Virus record (IMG/VR): IMGVR_UViG_3300035698_018388
Strand: one strand, 5' to 3'
Length of the DNA: 35,526 nucleotides
From: an uncultured virus (IMG/VR IMGVR_UViG_3300035698_018388)
Lineage: Duplodnaviria > Heunggongvirae > Uroviricota > Caudoviricetes
A program made the position numbers and the translations under genes. The notes under the pieces were generated by a model. It did not search any database. It was not told the origin of the DNA and was given only the letters and a program-made list of their open reading frames with translations. Of this stretch, positions 18,290 to 27,601 are shown in pieces. Each line of letters starts with the position of its first letter. Position 1 is the first letter of the stretch.

Positions 18290-18365
18290 TGGGGCGAGCC
18301 GAGGTATCCACTTGTGGATAAGTGGTGGGTTGCGGCGGGGAACATGGTAGGCTCGCCCCATTTTT
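18290..18365 (+). other. Intergenic stem-loop (terminator, processing site or regulatory element)
   Basis: 11-bp stem 18290-18300 / 18350-18360 followed by T5; inner TATCCAC-TT-GTGGATA palindrome. Confidence 0.6.
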
Positions 18366-18379
18366 AAAAAGGAGTAATA

Positions 18380-19480
18380 ATGGCAATATCAAGAAGAAAT
18401 AAAACGGAAAAACTTGTTTCTGAAATCAAACGGGAAATTAAAGAACCAATAAAAGAAAGCCCTGTTGAATTCTTAGGCTCTGGTGGAACACACTTAAATC
18501 TTGCCCTCTCAGGCACTTCAGGCGGCGGTTGGGGTCGTGGGAGAATTCATAATATAGTTGGTGACGGTTCAAGTGGAAAGACCGCTCTGGCTCTTGAGGA
18601 GGCTTTCTGGTTTTATAAATATATTAAAGAAATACGATCAAGAATATTCCCAAGAGTAAAGTCTTTTGAAATCTGTTATGATAACGGTGAAGGAGTAATG
18701 GATTTTCCTGTTTCGGATATGTATGGCACAGAATTTTACAAGGCAATAAATTGGGATCGAAGTCCTCACTTTGAAGCAATGTGCCGCAGGTATTATAGGA
18801 AAACAAGAAAGTTAAAGAAGGGGCAAGCCCTCTTATATATAATTGACTCTTGGGATTCATTCAAATCTGCAAAAAGCATGGATCTGTTTTTGGAAAGTGT
18901 TGAAAGCGATACGGAGTTAAAGGGCGATTATGATATGGCCCTACAAAAATATGCAAGCGGTAAATTCTTTCCAAACGTCTGCAACATACTTGAAGACAAT
19001 GGTGCGGATTCAACTCTTTGCATTATCTCGCAGGTCAGGAGCAAAATAAATGCTCTGTTTGGAAAGAAACAATATCGTGCCGGTGGTAAAGCTCTTGATT
19101 TTTATACACATCAGGTAGCATGGCTTCGTGAAATTGAAAAAATGAGAAAGAAGAAATTTGGTGAAATGAAAGTTTATGGTATTAGATCAGAGGTCGCAGT
19201 TGATAGAAATAAACTTGCCAAACCATTCAGGGTCGGCCGGTTTACAATCCTTTATGATTATGGTCTTGACGATACTTCTTCAATTCTTGATTATGTTTAT
19301 GGTCCTAAAAAAAGTAAGTTCAATTTTAGAGGAGTAAAATTTAAAGATAAATTATCCTTTGTAAAACATATTGAACGGAACAAATTACAACCGCAATTAA
19401 TTAAAAAAGCCCAACGGAAATGGGACAAGGTTGAAGATGCCTTTACAGAGGAAATAAATGAAAGACCAAAAAGATACTAA
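18380..19480 (+). CDS. recA: RecA/UvsX-like recombinase
   Basis: LNLALSG, GRI, Walker A GDGSSGKT, IIDSWD, ISQVR, GGKALDFY, NK.AKPF. Confidence 0.9.
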   Translation: MAISRRNKTEKLVSEIKREIKEPIKESPVEFLGSGGTHLNLALSGTSGGGWGRGRIHNIVGDGSSGKTALALEEAFWFYKYIKEIRSRIFPRVKSFEICYDNGEGVMDFPVSDMYGTEFYKAINWDRSPHFEAMCRRYYRKTRKLKKGQALLYIIDSWDSFKSAKSMDLFLESVESDTELKGDYDMALQKYASGKFFPNVCNILEDNGADSTLCIISQVRSKINALFGKKQYRAGGKALDFYTHQVAWLREIEKMRKKKFGEMKVYGIRSEVAVDRNKLAKPFRVGRFTILYDYGLDDTSSILDYVYGPKKSKFNFRGVKFKDKLSFVKHIERNKLQPQLIKKAQRKWDKVEDAFTEEINERPKRY

Positions 19481-20339
19481 ATATTTGTTAATTGACTGCC
19501 ATGCCATTGCCTATGCTGCAATGTTTACAACCGGATCGTTTTCACATGACGGCAAAGGAACAGGAGTAATCTTTGGTTTTTTAAGAAAGATATTGTCGCT
19601 GGCAAAAAAAATGAATACAAATAAATTTATCTTCTGTTGGGATTCAGATCCTTGGATAAGATCAAATGATTATCCAGAATATAAAAGTAATCGCAAGAAC
19701 AAAGAGAAAACAATGAAGCCAAAGGACTATACGCATTTTCTTGAAATGGTAGCTCAAAGAGAAATCTTGAAAAAAGAAATACTTCCAAACATGGGATTTA
19801 AAAATATTCATATTGTTGACGGATTTGAATCTGATGATATTATCGGATACTTTGCAACAAAATTAAAAGATGATGCGATCATCGTTTCTGCAGATAATGA
19901 TTTTTATCAATTGCTTTATGACTGTTCTATGTATCATTTATACAGAAAAAAGATTTATACATATGTTGATTTTATAAAAGAGTATAATATTGAACCGGAT
20001 AAATGGGCAATGGCAAAGGCTATAGGTGGTTGCAATGGTGATGGAGTTAAGGGAATCAAAGGTGTTTCCGATCCAAAAGATCCGAAGTCAAAAGCCCTTG
20101 CATATATTAGAGGGGAATTAACTTCAGGAAAAGTATTTGAACGAATCAAAAGTAGTCCGCATTTAATCGAATTATTTTATTCATTAGTTAAACTGCCACA
20201 TGAAGACTTTGATAAACAGCTAATTTTAAGACGAGATAAAATAACAAAAAAGAAGATGCTGAATATCTTTTTTAAATACGAATTCAAATCGTTTCTTGAA
20301 ACCAAAAATCTTTCCGAATGGATTAAAATTTTTACATAA
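19458..20339 (+). CDS. 5'-3' exonuclease / flap endonuclease (PolI N-terminal, T4 RNase H family)
   Basis: LLID, CWD, YPEYKSNR, ESDDII, SADNDF.QL, D.VKGIKGV. Confidence 0.9.
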   Translation: MKDQKDTKYLLIDCHAIAYAAMFTTGSFSHDGKGTGVIFGFLRKILSLAKKMNTNKFIFCWDSDPWIRSNDYPEYKSNRKNKEKTMKPKDYTHFLEMVAQREILKKEILPNMGFKNIHIVDGFESDDIIGYFATKLKDDAIIVSADNDFYQLLYDCSMYHLYRKKIYTYVDFIKEYNIEPDKWAMAKAIGGCNGDGVKGIKGVSDPKDPKSKALAYIRGELTSGKVFERIKSSPHLIELFYSLVKLPHEDFDKQLILRRDKITKKKMLNIFFKYEFKSFLETKNLSEWIKIFT

Positions 20340-20350
20340 AGGAGAACTTA

Positions 20351-20560
20351 ATGGGCATTGAAAAAGAAATTCATAAACTTGAAAAAATTATTGATCCTGA
20401 TGTACGATTGGATTCAATGCGTTTTGATTGCGGCAATAATACCGCAGGAATACGAGTTAGAAAAGTAATGCAAACAATAAGAAAGCAAGCGGAGAATATT
20501 CGCAATCTTATTATATACGAACGGGAAAGAAGAAAGATAAGTCGAAGGAGAAAAAAATGA
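20351..20560 (+). CDS. Small basic protein resembling histone H1-like Hc1 family
   Basis: GNNTAGIRVRK resembles the Hc1 GNKAA..R.R motif. Confidence 0.55.
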   Translation: MGIEKEIHKLEKIIDPDVRLDSMRFDCGNNTAGIRVRKVMQTIRKQAENIRNLIIYERERRKISRRRKK

Positions 20561-21030
20561 AAATACTCGCAATTGATCAGGCAACTAAAACCGGATATGC
20601 TCACAACTGTTTTAAAAAAATAAATTCAGGGGTTGCCGATTTTAAACCGAGGCGTGGTGATTCTCCCGGAATGAGGTTTATTAATTTTAAAGCATGGTTA
20701 TCTGAACTTGTAAAAAGTACAAAGCCAGAACTTATTATATATGAGCAGGAGCATCACCGTGGAGGCGCACCAACAGCTATTGCTCTTGGTCTTATTGCAA
20801 TGATTAGTGTTGTTGCGACTGAAAATAATTGCGATATTACTTCGGCCCATACTGGCAAGGTTAAAAAGTGGGCAACCGGAAACGGAAGGGCGTCAAAGGA
20901 AGAAATGGTAGCAGCAGCAAAAAAACTTGGATTTAAACCAGAAGATGATAATGAAGCAGATGCTCTTTTAATTTTACTCTGGTATCTTGATCAATTCAAA
21001 CCCATTAAAATAACGAGGCGGAAGAAATGA
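20557..21030 (+). CDS. ruvC: RuvC-like Holliday junction resolvase
   Basis: ILAIDQ..KTG, IIYE, VKKWATGNGRASKEEM, DDNEADA. Confidence 0.85.
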   Translation: MKILAIDQATKTGYAHNCFKKINSGVADFKPRRGDSPGMRFINFKAWLSELVKSTKPELIIYEQEHHRGGAPTAIALGLIAMISVVATENNCDITSAHTGKVKKWATGNGRASKEEMVAAAKKLGFKPEDDNEADALLILLWYLDQFKPIKITRRKK

Positions 21031-21260
21031 GACAATTTGAAAATACAATTTTTATGGGAGCCGGCCAATCTACAGAAAGCGAATGCTATAAATTAATATG
21101 TAGATTACAAGAAGGTCTTAAAATTTTAGGTGGATTGCAACAACCTGATCATCCCGATTCAATAAATGAAGAAATAAAATGCAAACAATGGAGGAGAATG
21201 GCAGGTATAGAACTTGAAGATATTAAAAAAGACATTTGTTGCGCTTTGGGTAAAAAATGA
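21027..21260 (+). CDS. Hypothetical protein
   Basis: ATGA-coupled on both sides. Confidence 0.55.
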   Translation: MRQFENTIFMGAGQSTESECYKLICRLQEGLKILGGLQQPDHPDSINEEIKCKQWRRMAGIELEDIKKDICCALGKK

Positions 21261-21523
21261 AGTTAATCTTTTACCCTAAAACAAAACGAGAAGCCCGTAA
21301 ACATCGTTATCACATACATCGGTGGAATACTAATGGTTGTGTATATGACCGCAAACGATGTGCCTGTGAAGTCGAATACGCAATGTGTGAGGAGATAATT
21401 AAAAACCAATGTCTCCACCAAAACGGCTTTGGCTATAAAGAACTATATTGTAAAGCACATCAGCATGGAATTCAAATAACCAGAAGGAAAAAGAAATCAA
21501 AAATCACAAGGAGGAAGAAATGA
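21257..21523 (+). CDS. Cys/His-rich hypothetical protein with tandem ITRRKK tail
   Basis: ATGA-coupled; ends QITRRKKKSKITRRKK. Confidence 0.65.
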   Translation: MKLIFYPKTKREARKHRYHIHRWNTNGCVYDRKRCACEVEYAMCEEIIKNQCLHQNGFGYKELYCKAHQHGIQITRRKKKSKITRRKK

Positions 21524-21792
21524 AACTTAAAGATTTTGACGCACCCAAAGCAAAAAGTTTAGATGACTTATTAGAACCGTTTTTAAAAGAAGAAAACTTT
21601 GAAGTTGTTTGTAGCTCTTGTGGGAAAATACATAATGCAACAAGAGAAACCTTCTATACCGTTTATGGCAATATATGTGTCGGTCTTAAAGGAGGAGTTG
21701 TCGGTAATAATTTTAAAGACAACGGGATTCTTGGACGACTATCTTTCTTTTGTCGAAACAATCCAGAATGCAAAAGGATGAAATTCAAATGA
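21520..21792 (+). CDS. Hypothetical Zn-finger-like protein
   Basis: CSSC...C..C; SD AGGAGG. Confidence 0.65.
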   Translation: MKLKDFDAPKAKSLDDLLEPFLKEENFEVVCSSCGKIHNATRETFYTVYGNICVGLKGGVVGNNFKDNGILGRLSFFCRNNPECKRMKFK

Positions 21793-21992
21793 TTACTCAA
21801 GATCAAATGGAAATAATAGCAAGAGGAGTTGCCAACAAAATTGTAACCGTTGGAACCAAAAGTGAAGGGAGTCCTCACCGGATTTCAAGAATACATACCT
21901 TTTTTATGCTGGTTTCTATTGAACTCCGAAAAAGAATGAGTTCTATAAATGAAGAAAACAGAAAATTAAAAGGAGTACATAAAGGTGATTGA
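21789..21992 (+). CDS. Hypothetical protein
   Basis: ATGA overlap at 21789 is the likely start. Confidence 0.5.
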   Translation: MITQDQMEIIARGVANKIVTVGTKSEGSPHRISRIHTFFMLVSIELRKRMSSINEENRKLKGVHKGD

Positions 21993-22215
21993 TCAAAAGA
22001 AAATAACTCAAAAAAAATTGCAAAAAAGAATTAACCAAATGACAGATCATTGGCCGATTGGAAAATTTGCCGGATTGCAAATTGACGATATTCCTTCTTG
22101 GTATTTAAAATGGGTTGCCGAAAACTTTAAAGAAGAAACGGTAGAAAACAAAGCCCTTTGTATGGCAGCAGATAAGGAATATCAAGACAGGGAGAAAAAC
22201 AATTGCCATTTCTAA
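21985..22215 (+). CDS. Small protein, DUF3820/exonuclease X C-terminal-like
   Basis: WPIGKFAG..IDDIPSWYLKW motif; GTG start with AGGAG. Confidence 0.65.
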   Translation: MIDQKKITQKKLQKRINQMTDHWPIGKFAGLQIDDIPSWYLKWVAENFKEETVENKALCMAADKEYQDREKNNCHF

Positions 22216-22227
22216 AAGGAGACTAAA

Positions 22228-22434
22228 ATGGAAATTCACAAATTAGATGGTCATAGAATGTGTATAGAATGTTTTAAAGAGAATCCAAACTGTTTTATGA
22301 GAGAAGGAATCTATGCCATTGTGTTCCCACAAATATCAAAACCGAGAAAAGTACATCTTTGCTATAAACACCTTCGTCAGTTATTAGTAAAGATTGATAA
22401 AGTACTTGAAACAAAATTATTTGAGGATAGATAA
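22228..22434 (+). CDS. Hypothetical Cys/His protein
   Basis: CIEC...C..H; SD upstream. Confidence 0.6.
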   Translation: MEIHKLDGHRMCIECFKENPNCFMREGIYAIVFPQISKPRKVHLCYKHLRQLLVKIDKVLETKLFEDR

Positions 22435-23384
22435 TGCCATTTCTAAAAAAATTAAAACTCAATTATTTTCAAGGCCATAAAAAAACTGTTCTTAATTTTG
22501 ACAAAGGTGTCAATATTATTCATGGTATTAGTATGGCCGGGAAGTCCTCCATAATAAGGGCATTGGAACAACTTGCATTTAATACTCCGATAAAATTTGA
22601 ATATCATTCTGACTTTACGAAAAAGAAAAGGTCTTCTATTCAAGCGTTCTTTGGTATTGGATTTCAAGATGGGAATAATGTTAAACTTACAAACGATGGC
22701 AAGACAAAATATAGTTGTAATGACAATAAGCCTTATGAGGCCTTTGGTCATAGCATTCCTGATGAAGTAAAAGAAATTTGTAATCTTGATCCGATTAATT
22801 TTTCGTACCAATTTGATTCTCCGTTTCTTGTAAAAAAACCAACTGAATTGGCAAGAGAAATCAATCGGGTAACAAAACAAGATGTAATAAACAAATGGAT
22901 TAAAACCGCAAATAAAAAAGTGAGTAAATGCAAATCAAAGATCGGATTATTAACAGAAGAAAAAGAGAAAGAAGAAAAACGATTAGAAAAGTTTAAAGGA
23001 CTCCGGCTTGCACATCCTTATTTAATAAAGGCGAAAATAGCAGCAAAAAAATTAGAGGCGTTAAACTTGAAACTCGAAACGTTAAATGAAATAAATGAAC
23101 GGATGAAACAAATAAATAAAATCATATCCAAATCAGGAACCAGTATTGAACAACTTGAAAAAATCTATAAAAAAATAAATAGGGCAGAACATAATATTGA
23201 AAGGAGTAAAAAATCAATATCTGTTCTCAAATCATATTCAGAAATTAATAAGGTTATAAAATTTGCAAATAGAGAAATGGAGAATTTGAAACGGGATTAT
23301 ATGAAAAGCCTTGGTGATCGGTGTAGGTATTGTTTTCAAAAAATATCTCCGAAACAAAGAAAAAGGATAAGCGAGAAATTATGA
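22434..23384 (+). CDS. SbcC/Rad50-like ATPase, N-terminal half
   Basis: Walker A GISMAGKSS, Q-loop YQFD, coiled coil, Zn hook CRYC; no Walker B. Confidence 0.85.
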   Translation: MPFLKKLKLNYFQGHKKTVLNFDKGVNIIHGISMAGKSSIIRALEQLAFNTPIKFEYHSDFTKKKRSSIQAFFGIGFQDGNNVKLTNDGKTKYSCNDNKPYEAFGHSIPDEVKEICNLDPINFSYQFDSPFLVKKPTELAREINRVTKQDVINKWIKTANKKVSKCKSKIGLLTEEKEKEEKRLEKFKGLRLAHPYLIKAKIAAKKLEALNLKLETLNEINERMKQINKIISKSGTSIEQLEKIYKKINRAEHNIERSKKSISVLKSYSEINKVIKFANREMENLKRDYMKSLGDRCRYCFQKISPKQRKRISEKL

Positions 23385-24259
23385 AATCATTATTAATCAG
23401 CGATGGGCATTTAACTTCTACTAATTCATCTGGTCGAACAGATAATTTATTAAAGACCAGTAGGAAAAAGTTGGAGTTCATTTTTAAAAAGGCCCAAAAA
23501 GAAAAGGCCATAATTTTACAGGCAGGAGATATGACAAATACTCCTCGTGACTTCGTTCTCCTGTTCTGGCTTATAAAATTATTCAAAAAATATAAACCGA
23601 ATATGTATTGTGTTGGTGGGCAGCATGATAGCTATCACCGAAGCAATAAGCCTTCTATTCAAAAAATATTACAGTCGTTTGGTTACATAAAAATATTGAA
23701 TGAAGAACCGGTAATGCAAAAATTCGCTGAAATATATGGTTCAAGTTTTGGAGAAGATATTCCAATTCCAAAAAGCAAATTGGATCTAAACATTCTTGTT
23801 TGCCATGCAAACATTTCTGACAGAGCAATTTATCCCGGACACGAATATAGTGATGCTGAAAACTTTTTGAAAAAACATAATTACGATCTTGTCTTATGCG
23901 GAGACGTTCACAATCATTTTGTAAAAAGTTATCAAGGAAGACTTTGTGTAAACACCGGGCCTGTATTAAGACGATCAATAGCTGAAAGTCATTTGTCTCC
24001 ATGTTATTTCTTATATGATTCTGAATCAAGAGCATTAGACAAAGGAGAAATACCACATAAAGATTCATTCGATGTTGAAGAAATTGCAAGGGAAAGTTCT
24101 CTTGATAAAATGGTTGATAGATTCTCAAAAGCAATAAGAACAGACCATGTTGAAGAAGTTGACGCCATTGAATTATTAGAACACCTAATAAAAAAGAATA
24201 GCAGTAAAATTAGCAAATCAACTTTAAATGCTATCGATGAAATAAGGAGTGAAAAATGA
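23381..24259 (+). CDS. SbcD/Mre11-like metallophosphoesterase nuclease
   Basis: SDGH, AGD, GQHD, CH, GDVH motifs; ATGA overlap at 23381. Confidence 0.85.
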   Translation: MKSLLISDGHLTSTNSSGRTDNLLKTSRKKLEFIFKKAQKEKAIILQAGDMTNTPRDFVLLFWLIKLFKKYKPNMYCVGGQHDSYHRSNKPSIQKILQSFGYIKILNEEPVMQKFAEIYGSSFGEDIPIPKSKLDLNILVCHANISDRAIYPGHEYSDAENFLKKHNYDLVLCGDVHNHFVKSYQGRLCVNTGPVLRRSIAESHLSPCYFLYDSESRALDKGEIPHKDSFDVEEIARESSLDKMVDRFSKAIRTDHVEEVDAIELLEHLIKKNSSKISKSTLNAIDEIRSEK

Positions 24260-24474
24260 ATGAGTCTGAAAGAATACATGATAGAATTGTTTCCTTGAAA
24301 GCAAACATAAAACTTTATAAAAAAGAGAAGTTAGAACTCGAAGAAGCAATCAAAAAAGAAAAACTTGAAAATATAAGTGTTGATGATCTAATATCTGCAA
24401 TTGAAGCAGAAGAACACGAACTAAAACGATATTTAAAAAAAGCAAATGCCATTTTAGATGGAGTTGAAGAATGA
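24256..24474 (+). CDS. Small coiled-coil protein
   Basis: Heptad-like pattern, coupled within the Sbc cluster. Confidence 0.6.
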   Translation: MNESERIHDRIVSLKANIKLYKKEKLELEEAIKKEKLENISVDDLISAIEAEEHELKRYLKKANAILDGVEE

Positions 24475-25088
24475 ATACTGACCCGCTTTATAGCCTTGAA
24501 AAAAGATATTCTGAATTGAAAACAAAGAATGAAGAAATCCAATCCAGAATTAAATCGAAACGGATTGGTATTGCAAAGGAGCAAAGAAGAATGAATGCTT
24601 TCTTGCAAGCAAGAACCCTGTTTAAAAGTGTCGCTAAAATGGCTCAGGGCAAGATTAAGAACAGAATCGAAAGTCTTGTAACAATGGCAATACAAAGCAT
24701 TTATGACCGGCCATTTGAATATGTACTACAGTTTAAAGAAACGAAAAATAATATTTATTGTATTCCTGTAATAAAAGAAGGAGAACGAATTTATAAAAAT
24801 ATAGAACGTGATCTTGGTGGAGGAATAATAGATATAATTTCATTCTCCCAAAAGATTGTTTTTTGGTCGATGAATAAAGCGAAGTCATTTGGTATCTTTA
24901 TTTTAGATGAACCATTTAAGAACCTTGGAGTACTATCAGAAAGGGCCTCTGTAATGCTTAATAGGATCTCTAAGAAACTTAAATTGCAATTTATAATTAC
25001 TACCCACGATGAAAATTTAAAAAATGGTGATCGCCTTTTCCATGTTGAGCGAAAAAATAAAATAAGTCGGGTGACGGTAGAAAAATGA
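24471..25088 (+). CDS. SbcC/Rad50-like ATPase, C-terminal half
   Basis: Coiled coil, variant signature LGGG, Walker B/D-loop ILDEPFKNL, H-loop ITTHD. Confidence 0.85.
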   Translation: MNTDPLYSLEKRYSELKTKNEEIQSRIKSKRIGIAKEQRRMNAFLQARTLFKSVAKMAQGKIKNRIESLVTMAIQSIYDRPFEYVLQFKETKNNIYCIPVIKEGERIYKNIERDLGGGIIDIISFSQKIVFWSMNKAKSFGIFILDEPFKNLGVLSERASVMLNRISKKLKLQFIITTHDENLKNGDRLFHVERKNKISRVTVEK

Positions 25089-25885
25089 AAATAGATATAT
25101 CAAATATTTTTGTTGATGGGATTCAGTTATCAGACTGGCTTGCCAAAAGAAAGAGTAATGAAGTTTCTCTTTTTTTCAAACAAGAAGTAAACGAACATAA
25201 GAAAAATAGACCGAAGATAAAACAGAAAATAACAATAAAAACAAAATATGATACCGGTGCAGGAAATGTTAAAATTTATACGAGGAAAGAAATCAATCTA
25301 ACTCATGGAGGCGAAATTATGAAATCTACATTATTGAATTCAACTTCTCTTATCAAACGAGTAATTGCTATTCTTATTTATTGTCCAGAACAGCAAACGC
25401 CAAATGGAATTAGACAACTATTATCTGGATATAATATCAAAGCGACAAAGAAAAGCATTTCGATAACTCTTAGCAGGTTATACAAAAGTGATTTTGGTTT
25501 TTTAATAGAGAGACAAAATGTAAAAGTAGACGGAATAAGATCATCATACGGGTATAAACCGATCCCAATGATAAAACTTTTTACTGTAAAAGAATGCTAC
25601 CAACTTCATAACAGAAAAAATAAGAAGATAACGACCCAAACATTACTATCTAAAATTGCAGGTCTTGAAACCGATGAATATAATGAAGCAGTCGCCGTTA
25701 GATGGGGTGGAGACATTGCAATGGAAAAATTAGGCATTATAGAAAAAACGGAAGATGTAGGATTTGAACCAGTCGAAACAGAAAGTGATACAACGCCGAA
25801 ATCAAAAGATCTAAACGAGATTTTAAACTCACTTGCAAAAATGGAAATAAATATAACGGCAAAGGTAGAAGTTAAAATTATTTAA
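25085..25885 (+). CDS. Hypothetical protein with possible wHTH domain
   Basis: TPNGIRQLL...KKSISITLSRLYK..LIER pattern. Confidence 0.6.
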   Translation: MKIDISNIFVDGIQLSDWLAKRKSNEVSLFFKQEVNEHKKNRPKIKQKITIKTKYDTGAGNVKIYTRKEINLTHGGEIMKSTLLNSTSLIKRVIAILIYCPEQQTPNGIRQLLSGYNIKATKKSISITLSRLYKSDFGFLIERQNVKVDGIRSSYGYKPIPMIKLFTVKECYQLHNRKNKKITTQTLLSKIAGLETDEYNEAVAVRWGGDIAMEKLGIIEKTEDVGFEPVETESDTTPKSKDLNEILNSLAKMEINITAKVEVKII

Positions 25886-25904
25886 TAAAAAGGAGAAAAA
25901 CATC

Positions 25905-26084
25905 ATGGCAGTTAAAGAAGCAAGAGAAACGATGAAAAGAGCATTCAAAAAAGATCCTGACCTTCGCCGGGGATATGTTGATAATGTAGCATGTATTATT
26001 ATGGATAATATTCCGGGATTCAAAAAATCCAAAGAGAAAAGGGATGCAGTAGCGGAAAAGATAATCAAGCGTCTTTTTGAATAA
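25905..26084 (+). CDS. Hypothetical 59-aa protein (not in ORF track)
   Basis: SD AAGGAG; MAVKEARETMKRAFKKDPDLRRGYVDNVAC...RLFE*. Confidence 0.7.
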   Translation: MAVKEARETMKRAFKKDPDLRRGYVDNVACIIMDNIPGFKKSKEKRDAVAEKIIKRLFE

Positions 26085-26108
26085 TTTATTTGACAAGAGG
26101 TAAACAAA

Positions 26109-26405
26109 ATGGCAATAACCTATTATTTGGAGGAAGAGAAAATGAGAGCCGAAACGTATTTACATTTTTTAGGGAAGAAAGTAAAGGACAAAGTTACCGG
26201 AATAGAAGGCGTCGTAACTTCCGTCAGTTTTGATCTTTACGGTTGCATTCAGATTTTGGTTAATCCCGGTTTGGACAAGGATAATAATCCGGGAGAAGTT
26301 CGTTGGTATGACTCCAATCGTCTTATCGTGTCAGACGATGCCAGAGTTATGGAACCGGTCAAACTAAGCGAATGGAATGGACCAGCGGCACTACCGATTC
26401 CGTGA
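26109..26405 (+). CDS. Hypothetical phage protein
   Basis: LGKKVKDKVTG.EGVVT...LYGC motif; alternative start at 26142. Confidence 0.7.
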   Translation: MAITYYLEEEKMRAETYLHFLGKKVKDKVTGIEGVVTSVSFDLYGCIQILVNPGLDKDNNPGEVRWYDSNRLIVSDDARVMEPVKLSEWNGPAALPIP

Positions 26406-26520
26406 AAAGAATAAAGAAGAAATGCAGATGTGGAGGCACCATAGTCAGATACAAGAAAACTTGTTGTGTCATTGTCTATCGGTGCCTCCAATGCTCAAAA
26501 GAGTACAGGAGGTATATAAA

Positions 26521-26670
26521 ATGAGTGGATTTGAATGGACCGAATGCGAATGCTGCGGAAATAAATTAGAAGATTGCACCTGCGAAGATGATTCGGAAAA
26601 GTCTTCTGAAGAACATCCCGATGACCAAACAGAATCGTTCGATACTATATTTAATTCTGATAGGGATTAG
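26521..26670 (+). CDS. Small Cys-rich acidic protein
   Basis: SD AGGAGG before ATG 26521; CECC...CTC. Confidence 0.55.
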   Translation: MSGFEWTECECCGNKLEDCTCEDDSEKSSEEHPDDQTESFDTIFNSDRD

Positions 26671-26675
26671 AAAAA

Positions 26676-26813
26676 ATGATCTGGAGAAAAAGAAAAAAAG
26701 AAGATCATAACTGGAAAATTACTTTTACAAAAGTATCCGGTGGCAATCCAAAGAAAAGGAAGAATTTATTTTTAAGAACACTTGACAAATTAAAATTCTG
26801 GAGGACAAAATGA
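26676..26813 (+). CDS. Small basic protein, 45 aa (not in ORF track)
   Basis: Fills the gap, ATGA-coupled to next gene. Confidence 0.4.
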   Translation: MIWRKRKKEDHNWKITFTKVSGGNPKKRKNLFLRTLDKLKFWRTK

Positions 26814-27601
26814 AAACAGTAGCAATCGTTCAGGCAAGGATGGGGTCTACAAGACTTCCCGGCAAAGTATTATTACCCCTTGCAGATAAACCGACCTTAT
26901 GGTGGGTGGCAAAGAGGATTGCCGCATCTGATGTTGATGAAGTGGTAATCGCAACTCCTTCCCATCCGGGAAATAATAAAATTTTGGACTTTTTCTTTGA
27001 ATTATTAAAAGATCATTCAAGGGAAGAATTTTATAAAATGCCATATCTATTTTTATATGAAGGTGAAGAAGATGATGTTCTCGGAAGAGTAATTGCTGCC
27101 GCAGAATGGTCTGGTGCTGATTTGATTGTTGAAATTACAGGAGACTGCCCTCTTGTAGATCCCCGGCATATAAACGCTTTATTGCAAGAAATGAAAATAA
27201 GACTTGGAGCAAATATTAAAATATCAAAGTTTTGCTACATTTCAAATTGTGAAGAAAGAACATGGCCTGATGGATTTGATATTCAGATCTACACAATGGA
27301 AGCACTCCTTGATTTAAAGAAAAGGTATGATCCCAAGACTCATGTGGGTTGGAACTTTACGCAGCATAAACATTTTTATGAAACGATTAATGTTCCGGCA
27401 CCTAAAGATTACTATTGGCCTGAACTTGGGTTGACTTTGGATACAAAAGAAGACTATGATCTTCTTAACAAAATATGCAAATATTTTAAAAATGATCCGC
27501 TTGCAAGTGCTGAAATGATAATTGATTACATAAAGAGGAGGCCTGAATTGGCAAACATAAACAATGAAGTAAAACGAAAAGATCCTAAAAAGGAGGCATG
27601 A
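26810..27601 (+). CDS. spsF: Cytidylyltransferase, SpsF/PseF-like (CMP-nonulosonate synthetase family)
   Basis: IVQARMGSTRLPGKVL, DVLGR, ITGDCPLVDP, LTLDTKEDY. Confidence 0.9.
   Translation: MKTVAIVQARMGSTRLPGKVLLPLADKPTLWWVAKRIAASDVDEVVIATPSHPGNNKILDFFFELLKDHSREEFYKMPYLFLYEGEEDDVLGRVIAAAEWSGADLIVEITGDCPLVDPRHINALLQEMKIRLGANIKISKFCYISNCEERTWPDGFDIQIYTMEALLDLKKRYDPKTHVGWNFTQHKHFYETINVPAPKDYYWPELGLTLDTKEDYDLLNKICKYFKNDPLASAEMIIDYIKRRPELANINNEVKRKDPKKEA

Noticed and set aside
26090..26120. Sigma70 promoter from TTGACA
   Set aside because: No credible -10 at 16-18 bp spacing
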